A stretch of DNA of 63,340 nucleotides, the filler included, from Olpidium bornovanus S191 (taxonomy: Eukaryota > Fungi > Olpidiomycota), in NCBI GenBank assembly GCA_017911155.1. It is 30 parts of 30 records of this genome, joined end to end, with 100 filler letters (N's around TTAATTAATTAA, not from the genome) between each part and the next. Parts side by side here need not be neighbours in the genome. Positions count along the whole stretch, not along the records: positions 11,653 to 13,002 come from JAEFCI010013344.1; positions 13,103 to 15,358 come from JAEFCI010012841.1; positions 15,459 to 16,603 come from JAEFCI010009285.1; positions 16,704 to 18,167 come from JAEFCI010012475.1; positions 18,268 to 19,574 come from JAEFCI010009123.1; positions 19,675 to 23,677 come from JAEFCI010002441.1; 24 more parts are not named here. One strand, 5' to 3'. The notes under the pieces are model-generated. The model was not told the origin of the DNA. It saw nothing but the letters and a program-made list of their open reading frames with translations, and made no database searches. The position numbers were made by a program, and so were the translations under genes. Every line of letters begins with the position of its first letter. Position 1 is the first letter of the stretch. Positions 11,653 through 22,448 of this stretch are shown piece by piece.

Positions 11653-13002
11653 CATGTGCGTGGAGTGGGTGACGAAGCCCGTGTGCACCAGCGCAGCCTC
11701 CAGCCGCGGCGGCCGCCGGCCGCTCCGAGGGCGGAGGACGTGCCTGACGGTCACCCAGAAGCGCCGGCCGTAGGCCAGCCTGGCGGGAGCCTTGACCACC
11801 TCCAAGCGCCGGCGGCCGGAGAACAGGTACGGCGGTGAGAAAGCCTCGACGCGGAACTCGGTGCCCCACCGCAGCCACGACGGCGGCGCCTCCGTCGGCT
11901 TGTCGATCGGATTCGCCCCCGCCACTAGCACCTGCCCGTTCGGGAGGAGCAGCGAGACGGAGTGGTACATCCGCGGCACCCGAGCCCGTGCCATCTTCCG
12001 GAACCGCTTGCCGGGCGGCCGGAGCGGGGAGTAGATCACGGGGACCATCACCGGGTTGCTCGCCTTGACGCGGACGGACACGTTGTACCCGGCTACGCCA
12101 CGCGCCGCGCCGTTGCTGATGAATACCGTCCCGTCGGCAAGGATCACGCCGTCCGGCATCACCCGCGGCAGAGGCATCGTCTCTATTTCCCACTCGGGAG
12201 CTTCCGACGACAGGTCGATCCGCGCGAAGGAGTCCGCGCCTTTCGACGAGTTCCACGCCGGCGGAAACATCCCCTCTGAACCGCCGAACACGATCACTTC
12301 CGTTTTGTAGTTGTTTCTGGGGTCCAGCGGGAGCAGGACGGAGCTTCCCGTAAGAGGATACGACCTATTGAATGACCAGATATCGCGGCGTCAAACCGAT
12401 GTTTCCCGGCGGAAAACAAAAAAGTTTGGGGGGACGGAAACCGGAAAGAACGCGCTTACCGCGGCGGGCCCGGTATGTCCGGGTGCACTTTCGCGACGGT
12501 GTTTGTCATGTAGTCGAATTCCATAGCCTTGTTGTTTGCCCACACGAACAGGCGGCCGTTCGGCAGAAGGTGCAGGCCCGGGTACAGGTTGAAGGGCATC
12601 GTGTCGACCAAGAACGGCATGTGTATGGAACTGCCGCCGGCTTCCCGCGGATAAAACTCGTAGGTTGGAACGTTCAGGTTGTCTATGTTGATGCCAGTGC
12701 TTTGCTTGCTGCCGCCGACCACAATCAGGCGCCCGTCGGCCAGCGTCGCCACCGTCGGATACCAACGGTGGTCGGCCAAGACGACACGGCCGTCCATGCG
12801 CCAGTCGCACTTCTCGTCTGGCAGGGCAGGCGGCCCAGCGGCGGGCACCGGCGGGACGCGTTTCTCCTTTTTGCAGGGGGTCAACGAGCGGATGACGTTA
12901 TACCCCTCGGAGGTCCTCCGGTACGCCTCTGCGCCGCCGACGTTAACGAGTGTGCCGTCTGCGAGAAATCCACCAGCGGAGCAGAAGGTGTTACTGGCAA
13001 AA
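11653..13002 (-). CDS. Copper radical oxidase, glyoxal oxidase-like (CAZy AA5), partial at both ends
   Basis: All catalytic-residue motifs visible: FCSAGG (Cys), RWYPT (Tyr), RMYHS (Tyr-His), GFVTHSTHM (His); plus SYPLTGSSVLLPL and EFRVEAFSPPYL; one intron near 12370-12460. Confidence 0.93.
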
Positions 13003-13105
13003 NNNNNNNNNNNNNNNNNNNNNNNNNNNNNNNNNNNNNNNNNNNNTTAATTAATTAANNNNNNNNNNNNNNNNNNNNNNNNNNNNNNNNNNNNNNNNNN
13101 NNAAC

Positions 13106-15050
13106 TTGATGCTGAGAGGAGTAAAGGAGAAGAAATTCGAAAGCATCTGGCAGAGAACCTGGAACAAAGTACGTTCCAACTTTAGGATTTCTCAAAATAT
13201 CTCATTACATTCACCCTTTCATGAGCGTCAACGGCGTGCTCTAGTCAAAGCCCAATACCGTGAAGAAACGGAACAGCTGCGACATCAGCTCGCGGCACAA
13301 CGCGAGGAGCTGAATCGTAGGTCTGACGAAGAGATATCCGCGATGGCGGCCAAAATTTCGGTAACTACTTGACCTTGAAAAGCTGATATGAAAATTGCAT
13401 TAAGCCTTGACACTTCCATTATAATGCTCTAGTAATCCGCCGTTGACATAAAGAATTTTTTTTTCCTCTGGGAATTTTCTGTCGCAGTTCTTGGAAAACC
13501 AGCTCCGCGAGGTTCTGGATGTGAAGGCGCCCGCGGCCTGCGCAGCAGCTGCGCCTTGCTATCTTGAAAGTGCGAACGGCATCGTCCAGGCCGGGAGGGC
13601 CGAACAGCATGGCCGGCAGTTCCGCACTCCGGACCGCACGTTTGACGAGGAGCTGGCGTTCCTGGATGACATTGAGGGGGAAATCTCGCGCACCTTAAAC
13701 TGCCGCGAAAGCGTGGCGGACGTAAGGTCGCGGCCGCCGGGCGCTTTCGGAACAGCGGAGCAAGCTGTCGATCCGAACGTCGAGAGAATCCGACAAATGG
13801 ATCAGCTGCTTTATGATAAACATGAAGAGGTGGGAAACCTCGGGAATCTCGCAAAAACGCTCCTTGGGTTTCTTCGAAAATCGCCGGGATTCCACACGGC
13901 GGCCTTACTTTCCCGTTGTTGCCGGGTTACGCAGGTCGAGTCGCTGCGGCGGGCTGTTCGCGACATGCGGCAGGACATGGAGCGCGTACTGCGCGAACAA
14001 AAGGCGCAAGACGAGGCGCAAAGCCAGACCCAGGCGTGCCTCGACGAGCTGGAGCGGCTGTCTGGGGAGCTCCGGGACGCGCGGGTGGCGCTGAGCGAAA
14101 AGCAGAGCCTGATTGACAGGCTGCTGGCGCAGCAGGCCAAGGCGGCCGCGACGTGTCCGGCGTGCTCCAGCGTCGGTCCGGGCGCACCGGCTCCTTCGCC
14201 TTGGGAGGCGAATTCCAGCGGTCGGTGCACGCCTGTCAAAGGGGCAACCGCCGCCGGATCCGTCGAGAGGGAGCGGGCGGCGGCAGCGGCGGCGACTTCC
14301 CGCGCGGAAGAGCTGCGAGCGCAGCTGGGCAAGGCCGTGGCCGACCTCAAGCGGCTGGCTGCCGAGCGAGCCAGGCTCGCCGAGGCCGGGAACGCGCTCA
14401 GGGCCGAGATCCGCGGCTTAAAAGACGCCGCGAAACGTTCGCGCGCGAACAAGGCCACTCAAAGTAGGTTGGGCGCGCAGGACTTTTACCTGAGTCCGAG
14501 GGTTTTTCCTTTTTTTTTTTTTTTTTTTTTTTTGTGGATCCCGGCGTCCCGCATCCTCGGACGCCTCGCAAGTGACACGCGCGTTAACGGCGCCTTGGGC
14601 AATCCCTTTTTCGATATTCCCCGTTCGCCCCGCAGCGCAAACCGTTGAGAGTCTTGGATCTGAGAACGGTAGGTCATCCCGGTCTACGACGGGCGGGGGA
14701 GGAGAGGAAAGGGGGAGGGGGGGGGGGACCCCCCCGCCCTCGCGCTTTGGCACGAGACAGCCTCCCGACTCACCCTTCCCCTCCTTCCGGCAGCCGCACC
14801 GCCAGACCAGCCGCGACAGCCTCCCGTCCTCGGACCGAACCAGAGGCTTGTCCGCGTTCCGGCGTCCGCACTGAAAGCCCGTTTAGGAGGCTCGGCGCCG
14901 CTGGCACCCGGGATTGCCGCTCCGAGGAGGGCGCGTGAATTGGCAGACGTTTTCGCGGGCGCTGGTGACCACCGCCGGATGCTGGGGATAAGCCACGACC
15001 GAGGCACAGCGATAAGCAGAGGTATAAGAAACTGGAACTGGAGAGATTGA
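13106..15050 (+). CDS. CCDC57: Long coiled-coil protein, CCDC57-like (centriolar), 5' partial
   Basis: Heptad-rich exons; ELRAQLGKAVADLKRLAAERARLAEAGNALRAEI resembles the CCDC57 'EMGNRLRAEL' block; terminal GIRNWNWRD* resembles the CCDC57 C-terminal IRNYN motif (both from memory). Confidence 0.55.
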
Positions 15051-15593
15051 GTTTCAATTTTTATTTTTATTTTTTACCGGAGCCATTCGCCGCGCCCCTG
15101 GCTTTCCCCCCTTGCGCGCCCCACCCCCTTCGGCCCGGTTGAGTTTTCAGGGCGGGGGGATCGGCGGGGGGAGGGGGGGGGAAAGGGGTGGCGTGGGGGG
15201 CCGGGGGAGAGGGGGGGAGCGGGTGCGCGGGTGGGGTGGGGGGGACCTTGTTAAAGAGAGGTTGCGTGTTGTGTTGTGGTTGCGTTGTTGGTGTGTGTGC
15301 GCGCGTCCTCGCAAAAAAAAAAAGTTTCGTCCACTGGCAATTGCAAAAAAAAACCAATNNNNNNNNNNNNNNNNNNNNNNNNNNNNNNNNNNNNNNNNNN
15401 NNTTAATTAATTAANNNNNNNNNNNNNNNNNNNNNNNNNNNNNNNNNNNNNNNNNNNNCCCATGGTTCCTTCTATCTATGCTCTGCTGGCTTGTCACTCA
15501 GTGCAACTCGGCGGTTTCTCGTTTGTGACGCGATTGTTCCTTAAGTCTTAATATATCCGGGCGTATTCCCGCCGGCGCTTCGAAACTCCCAAA

Positions 15594-15768
15594 ATCCCCC
15601 TGAATTTTGCGAACTTGGTTTCTCGAGTGTCGCCGTCTTTGCCTGCGGGGTTCTCTTCCGCGGGGATACGGCGAATGCAAAGATCCACCTGAATTTCGCG
15701 AACTTGGTTTTTCTCGAGTGGCTCCGTCAGCGCGACTGTCGATTCTCTTCCGCGGGGATGCGGCGAAA
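15594..15768. repeat. Diverged ~89-bp tandem duplication
   Basis: ATCC(C/A)CCTGAATTT(T/C)GCGAACTTGGTTT..CTCGAGTG ... TTCTCTTCCGCGGGGAT(A/G)CGGCGAA recurs with period 89 (15594, 15683). Confidence 0.85.
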
Positions 15769-15770
15769 GA

Positions 15771-16603
15771 CTAATTACCGCAGCCGTGCACCACTCGATG
15801 TGGAAATACGTGATGTCGATGTGGTTGGATCTCTTCGACAGATTGGCGTTTTCGGGAGCCTTGCTCCGCTGCTCTTGCATTTTCTATCACGAGGAGAGTG
15901 GCTACAGTCGTTGCGACGTTGGTCGAGATGTTCCAGGAGACGATTGGGCCGACGCGACCAATGGGAAGGCGCGGGACGGGCCGTAAATTGAAATGGAGCG
16001 ACTGGCCGGGCCAAGCCCCGCTCCACCCGCAGAAGAGGACGCGCACATAAAACCCCCACCCCTCTGTGCGTTTCGCTCTTCCCCAAGAGCCCATTTCCAG
16101 TCTGGAACTTAGCTTTCTAGCGCGAGAGAAGGAAGAGTGACTTTACGCGACGAGTCGCAAAGAGGCTGAGGCCAGTATTCCGACGGGCGCAGGGAGGGAG
16201 AGAAAACTCCGCTTCCCGCGCCCTGCTCCTTGCCATCCGCTTCCCGCTCTCCGCATCTTGTCCGCGGCCGCGTCGCTCCCGACTTCCGGTTTCGGCGCCC
16301 GGCGCGGCAGCAACGGCGGGGTGGACGCCGTCGGCGTCGCGAAAGACTGCGGCGCCGGCGGCGCCAGTACCTCGACCGACCGGACCAACTCCGGCGACCG
16401 CGGCGTCCTAGGCGAGGGCACCTGCGAGTCGCCTCCCCTGAGCGCGGCGGGCTTCGGCTTGACCGGCGGCTTCGGCTGCCGCCGCCCGACGAGAGGCTGG
16501 AAACCGACGCCGAGCGCGAGAGGGCCTCGGCGGCCTGGCGCTTGAAGCCGGCCAGCAACGGGGAGTTCAGCCTTCCCGTCCTCTCCGGTGCGTCGCCCGG
16601 GTC
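15771..16603 (-). CDS. Hypothetical Pro/Ser-rich protein fragment
   Basis: Open frame with PKPPVKPKPAALRG...PPLLPRRAPKP and a downstream exon with a GTAATT donor; correct frame uncertain. Confidence 0.3.
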
Positions 16604-16796
16604 NNNNNNNNNNNNNNNNNNNNNNNNNNNNNNNNNNNNNNNNNNNNTTAATTAATTAANNNNNNNNNNNNNNNNNNNNNNNNNNNNNNNNNNNNNNNNN
16701 NNNAAAAAAAAAAAAAAAAAAAAAAGAAAACAGATGCTCGCGATTTGGTGAGGGGCGGAGCGGAATTTTGGCGCGCGTCTTCTGACTCCTACCCCG

Positions 16797-18167
16797 TCAG
16801 TCGATCACCGAGCACGAAATCATGATCTCCGACACGTACCTCCGCCAGCTCAACGAGATCCTGAACAGCCAGCTGGACGACCACGAATTCGCGCTGGCGC
16901 AACTGAGGCGCAAGCGGGAAATACTGAGAGGGATGTCGGCGGTGACGACGTCCGATATTGAGATGGAGCGAGATAACGAGTTTCGGATGGAGGTTGAGAC
17001 TGTTCGCGTATTCTCGCCCAACTTAACGCCTCCGGGAATGCTGTTGCCTGTGATGCGGTGTTTACGCACGAAAATTCCGTTCATCAAATGCAGTCGCTGG
17101 AACTCATCACTGCGTTCAAGAAGAGGATTCAGGAACTCAAAGAGGAGGAGAAGTTGCTCACCCAGAACAGGAACGCCCTACAGCGAAAACTTTCGCATTA
17201 CAAGCACGACAAGAAATATATCGCGGTGAAGAGAACGGCGGACGACGCTTTGAGGATCTTTGCAGTCGCGGTAAAGTATGAAGCGTTCGCGCAATGCCCC
17301 AGGATGCGTTGGCGCTTACAGCGGCAATCGACCGCTAGCTGCTCTTGTCCAAGGACGGGAAAAACTTTGAGCCCTTTCAGGGCTCCCCTCTGTGCATCAA
17401 GTGCGGAGGTAAGGTACGTGGCGGACGGCAGCGTTGCGGCTGCGCACACACGGGTATTGCAGCTGCTGAACCCGTCAATTGCCCCAAGCTCATCGCGTGC
17501 CCGCATCGCCTGCTCGGAGGAAATTACGAGCTCCCGCCGAACATCACGCATTTTCGCGTCGAGCACCCGCCGCTCGAGTTCCACGCGGCGGCCCCAAGGA
17601 CGGCCGAGGACGGCAAACGGGAGGGGGAGGAGGAGGAGGAGGAGGAGGAGGACCTCCAGGGGAAGCTGGAGGCGACCAAGGAAATCGCGCGCATGGACAT
17701 CGAGCTCGAAAAGCGGAGAAAATTGAAGGCCGCGAAAGAGGCCAGCAGGCTTCAAGAAGGGGGGGAGGAGCAGTACGCGGACGAGAACGTGCGTGCAGGG
17801 CGGTTTCGTTTGCGCGGCGCGCGGTTTGTGGGAAAGAAAAAAAAATGGAGTATCCGTTTTTTACGAATATACGACACGCGGGCGCCGGGGCCCCTTGATC
17901 GGGCCCCCCCCCCCCCCCCCTCCAAAAAAAAAAATAAATAAAAAAACAAAAAAAAACGCCCCGGCGTCCCAGATCGCCAAATCTTTCGCGCGGGTTTGGA
18001 ACGAGTTCAAGAAACGCGGGGGCAATAAACCCGCGCTGCCGCGTCTCATGCCGGTGAACAAGCTGCGCGCATTCATCCAGGAGCTCTGGGACACGTACTG
18101 GATCATCGAGTCGGAGTGCGACCTGAAGCAAAACTACAAAGAGTTACCGTCGTTCAATGACTACGTG
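16797..18167 (+). CDS. Hypothetical coiled-coil protein with a Cys/His-containing segment, partial at both ends
   Basis: Exons: YLRQLNEILNSQLDDHEFALAQLRRK...; ELITAFKKRIQELKEEEKLLTQ...; PLCIKCGG|...CPKLIACPHRLL...; PRLMPVNKLRAFIQELWDTYW...SFNDYV. Confidence 0.55.
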
Positions 18168-18267
18168 NNNNNNNNNNNNNNNNNNNNNNNNNNNNNNNNN
18201 NNNNNNNNNNNTTAATTAATTAANNNNNNNNNNNNNNNNNNNNNNNNNNNNNNNNNNNNNNNNNNNN

Positions 18268-19241
18268 ACCGCGGTTGCGGAATAATGTCGTTCAGAAAAG
18301 ATGATTCCATACGTTAACGCCTTTCCGACAACCTGACTAGTCATACCTCCATCAATGGTGCTTAACATTCGCGGGAAAAAGGCGCATGTAAATGCCCAAA
18401 TTCTCGCTGCACTGGCGATTCACATATACCGCGCATAAAGGCTGCCTCGTTTATGCCAGTCATCAACTCACTTTCCCAGGACATCATGACGCCTTTCTTT
18501 TCCTCGTCAAGCAGCCGGTCAGCGCCTTCAAACCGCAATTTCTCTCCAAGATATGCCATATTCGCCGGGTTCGTGTAGAGCGCCGGCCGGCCAAGGTCGT
18601 TTCCGGCCTCGATCAAGGCGGCCCGTCTCATGTTTTCGATTCTTCCTAGTAGGAGTTCCGCTTGTATCCCTGAGTACCAGGAGGGAAATGCAGTGCGCCG
18701 TCAGCACGGGCACCTGGGGCGCCGGGAAGTCATTCTAGCAGAGTGCACTGCTAGAATACGATGCAACACCAGGTTGGGTATCGCGCAAAAACCGTGGTGT
18801 CGCCGCCCACACACTAAGTCCCGGCGCTGCGACGTGGCGTACATCGGGGCCCTCCTCGCAAAAACGTCAACCCGACGAAGTTTACGCACCGGCATTGAGG
18901 AGTGTCTCCGCGCCCTCGACATGGCCCGCCTCCATGGCATAGTCACCCGCACACCTTCCGGAGCAGTCCAGCGCGTTCCATGGTGCGCCCTGGGCCAGGA
19001 GGTATTCTACCACCTCTGTGCAGCCAACCTTCGCCGCCTCGATTAGCGGGCACGTTTCGCCAGCCGCGCCGTCCCCGTTTTCCGTCCCGTTGCTGTTGCT
19101 CGGACTTGTCCCTCCCGCCACACAGAACCCGGCAGGGTCGGCGCCTCCGTCCGCCACCAGGGCCTTCACGAGGTCCAGGGCCCGGGCCCTGCACGCCTCC
19201 ACCAGCCTGACCTGCAAATCAACGGCGGCGTCGTCCGGCAT
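18268..19241 (-). CDS. RMT2: Arginine N-methyltransferase 2 (ankyrin + GAMT-like), 3' partial
   Basis: PLIEAAKVG...LLAQGAPWNALDCSGRCAGDYAMEAGH...LLNAG|IQAELLLGRI...NMAYLGEKLRFEGADRLLDEEKKGVMMSWESELM is the Rmt2 signature. Confidence 0.9.
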
Positions 19242-19488
19242 TCGCGAGCTGCGAGTGAGGTGACCGCGCGTTTCGTCGCTCGCCGGGCGGCAAAAGTTGG
19301 GTTGGCTGGGAATTTTTGCGCGAAACCCCTTTTTTCCCCCCTCCCCCCCTTATTCTCCCACCTCCACCCTCTTTTTTTTTTTTTTTTCCCCGCCCCCTTG
19401 AAAATCCCCCTCCCGTCCGTGCGCAGAACGAACTTTTTGACTTGTTTGACTCCGCTTTTCCGCGGGGTAAAAACGAGCTTGCCGCCTG

Positions 19489-19567
<79 letters not shown>

Positions 19568-19674
19568 CCGAAACNNNNNNNNNNNNNNNNNNNNNNNNNN
19601 NNNNNNNNNNNNNNNNNNTTAATTAATTAANNNNNNNNNNNNNNNNNNNNNNNNNNNNNNNNNNNNNNNNNNNN

Positions 19675-20746
19675 CACTGATAGATGAGCGCTCTCTTCGG
19701 GCGTGCGTCCGCCTCGAGTTCGATGCTATGTTCGATTCGGCTGCGCAATTCAGAAAAGTGCGGCAGCTTCGAAGGGATTAGCTTTGCGTACTTCGTGAGC
19801 AGGGTGCGGTACCGAAGTTGCGACGGTCGGCAGAAGATCTGCAAACTTCACATCCAATCGTTCACGGAGGTCTCCCGGACGAATGTCCTCAATGGGGTTC
19901 TCCTTTTGGTGAGCGTCGGCGAAGTCGATGGTTTTCGGTACAATTGTGGCGACAAGGATCGATGATCCTTTCTGGCGTTCAGCTTTTCTCGCCTGGCGCC
20001 AGGAACATGTTTCAATTGTCTCCTGATGGCGCAGGTCTGGTGACTGTTGCGAGTCATTGAGCCGTCTGATCGGCTCGTCGAGGGCACCGCCTTCGCCTTG
20101 TTGGCGCGAAGGGGGCTCTGACGTCTGAGGGGCTAAGTGGTGCAGTAAATGGCGGCGGTTGTCAATCGCGGCCTCGGAGGGGCTGAGTATCGTCCGCACA
20201 GGGACGTCAGTCAAAGAACGATTCCTTCAGGTCTGGAAAAGCGCACCCCTGAGAACGTGACGGTTGCCGTCATCGAACTCTTTTGCGGGTTCCCGGTGGC
20301 AAGCCTGCGTTCCTCTTACATGATGCGACTGTGCAGGGTTCCCTAGTCCTGAGTCTTTACCCGATGGGGAATCATCGGGTCTCCGTGCAATTCAAAGTAA
20401 ATCTGGTGTCGTCCGTAATTTCCAACAGGATATCGTCAAGGAGGCATCGACTTCCGGTTATACTTCCATCGGCGAATTCCAGGGCTACGTCTGTCTGACG
20501 TGCCGTTCGCGGGGCGAGTCGTCGACGGAACACGGTGGCACCACACATGGTGTCCAACGCGCAGGCGACAGGTCGTTTGTCGAGTCGTCCTTTGAGAAGG
20601 ATCCAGTCCTTTGTAATTCGGTCCTCCGGCGCAACGTTTGCGACGTTCACGCGGATTGAGGACAGCAGTTCATTCGACAGCTCAATGTTACCCAAGAAAA
20701 TCGGCTTCGACGGTGACGGCCTGTCGTCATCCGACACCCAAATCAA
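19675..20746 (-). pseudogene. Degenerate protease/pol of element A
   Basis: -1 frame relative to gag; decayed aspartic protease motif (LDTMCG), stops and frameshifts, ending at the pre-RT IEHSIELE motif. Confidence 0.7.
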
Positions 20747-22133
20747 AAATCCTTTTTATTTCCTTTGGGAAGGGGTTTTCTATGGTCGCCGTTGTGGCGT
20801 GCACACCATACCGCGCTATGTTCGGGTGGGACGCCGAGCTTCCTACAGAAGAAGCATCCCTTCCTCTTGGAGAGGAATTCGCGGAGTCGGTCCGCGAGGA
20901 CGGGGAGCTTCTCGAAGTCGTTGTAATTCGAGTCATCGGCCGCGATGTGGTCGAGCTTGGCGCGTAATGCCGCCGCGTCGGGGTTTTCCTTGCCGCGTTT
21001 TGCGGTGACGGCCTTCGAGCTCGGTTGCAGCGCGTTGACACGGACGGCCGGTCCGGCCGCGGCGCGCTTCCTTGCATCCGCGGCATTTCCCGCACTTCGG
21101 GCGATGAGGACCGAGACGGCTTCCGCCGTGGTTTTTATTCCTCGAAGGTCGAGGAAGTCCAACTCCGCTCGGGGAAGTCGGCAGGTCAACGTCATCCACC
21201 TCTCGGCCTCCGGAACGTCTGGAAAGACGACTGTCAGCCGGTCGAGGTTCGTTTTAAAGTCCCGAGGAAACTTCAGCAGCGATCCGCTGCGTTCGACCAT
21301 GAGGTCGTGCCAACGAGCATATTGCTCGCGGCGCCAGTTCGGAGGGTAGAACTCTCCCCGGAGGGCGTCGGCAATGCCCTCAAAGTTCTTTCCTTCTTCT
21401 CCCGCGTATTGCTGCCAGTGGGCGTCGACGCCGACCCACCAGGCGGCAGCGCGACCAAATAGCTTGTAACCGAAGGCCTGTACACTGGCGCGTCCGTCGA
21501 GCTGTGAGACCTCGCAGTACTGGTTAAAGGCGCGAAGGAATGCTTCGACCTTACTTGCATCTCGTTCACCATGGAAGTTGGGGACACCTTGTCGAGCGTC
21601 CTAAACAAGGGCCTTCTGCGCGGCGGCCCGGGCGTTGCCGTGACCTCCGGCAATCATGTGTGGGCCGTTGTTCACACGGGCCAGCTTGTCGGCGAACATG
21701 TCGAGCATGCTCGACATGACGCGCTGGTGCTCCGCGGTAGCGCGGGCACGCTCTTCGGCGTGCTGCTGCGAGAGGTGCTCAGTGGCAGCCTCCACAGCAG
21801 CCGCGATTTGCGCTCCTTGGCCTCCAGCACCTCCCCGCGCGGCAGGAGGGCGGGCTCGGACCTCCGTTTCGGTGGCTCCTTCGACGAGACTCTCGTCGTC
21901 CGTCATGGGGACGTCGCCAATGGTGGCCACAGTGTCGTGCTCGCGGGGTTCCTCGTTCAGCGCCAGCGATGCGAGTGCGTCGGCGCTGGTGTTGGCGGGG
22001 TCGTCGAAGGCGGCGCGCTCGTCGACCGAGGCGGGAGCGACGTCGGCAGTGGCGGCGCGCTTGTCAACCGAGACGGGAGCGAATGTCGGCAGCGGCGGCG
22101 GCGGAGCGGTTGGAACAGCAGGTCGCGGGCATG
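20743..22133 (-). pseudogene. gag of element A with one in-frame stop (21601-21603) and out-of-frame ATG
   Basis: Open frame 22134-21604, TAG, then Retrotrans_gag-like core and zinc knuckle to TGA at 20743. Confidence 0.8.
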
Positions 22134-22171
22134 GTTAGGAGGGTGGAGGCAGGGTCCGTAGTCGTGTTAAG

Positions 22172-22182
22172 CGTTGCTACCA
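22172..22182 (-). promoter_or_regulatory. Primer-binding site TGGTAGCAACG (complementary to a tRNA 3' end, initiator-Met type)
   Basis: TGG complementary to CCA immediately after LTR ...CA; TGGTAGC matches known tRNAiMet PBS starts (yeast Ty1/Ty3 TGGTAGCG). Confidence 0.75.
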
Positions 22183-22448
22183 TGTAATGGCGCGGTGGCC
22201 GGGAGTTTTTTGGCTTGGTCGAGGGTTTGTTGTTGTTTATTAGAGGAGAGCGGTGGCGCATTTGCGTACTTCGAAGGAGGGTCACGTGTGATAGAGGTCG
22301 ACATCAAAGGATACATGCGGTGTCGATATGGGGACATATCGATATCGATGCGATATCGGGATCGATGCAATGGAGGCCGGCTTCGAAGGGAGTACGTGCG
22401 ATGTCGATAAAGGGTGATGCAGTGGCCGGGAGGTCTACTATAGTAACA
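22183..22448 (-). repeat. 5' LTR of element A (266 bp)
   Basis: Minus strand begins TGTTAC, ends CATTACA; internal AATAAA; abuts PBS. The second LTR is off contig, so LTR-LTR identity cannot be confirmed. Confidence 0.75.

Larger units (their letters stand above)
19675..22448 (-). mobile_element. Ty3/Gypsy LTR retrotransposon A (5' LTR, PBS, gag, protease, start of pol), degenerate, truncated by contig end
   Basis: LTR TGTTA...TTACA directly followed by TGGTAGCAACG; gag VPNFHGERD...FGRAAAWW; CCHC knuckle; protease-like ACALDTMCGATVF; pre-RT motif RIEHSIELEADARPKRALIY. Confidence 0.88.
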
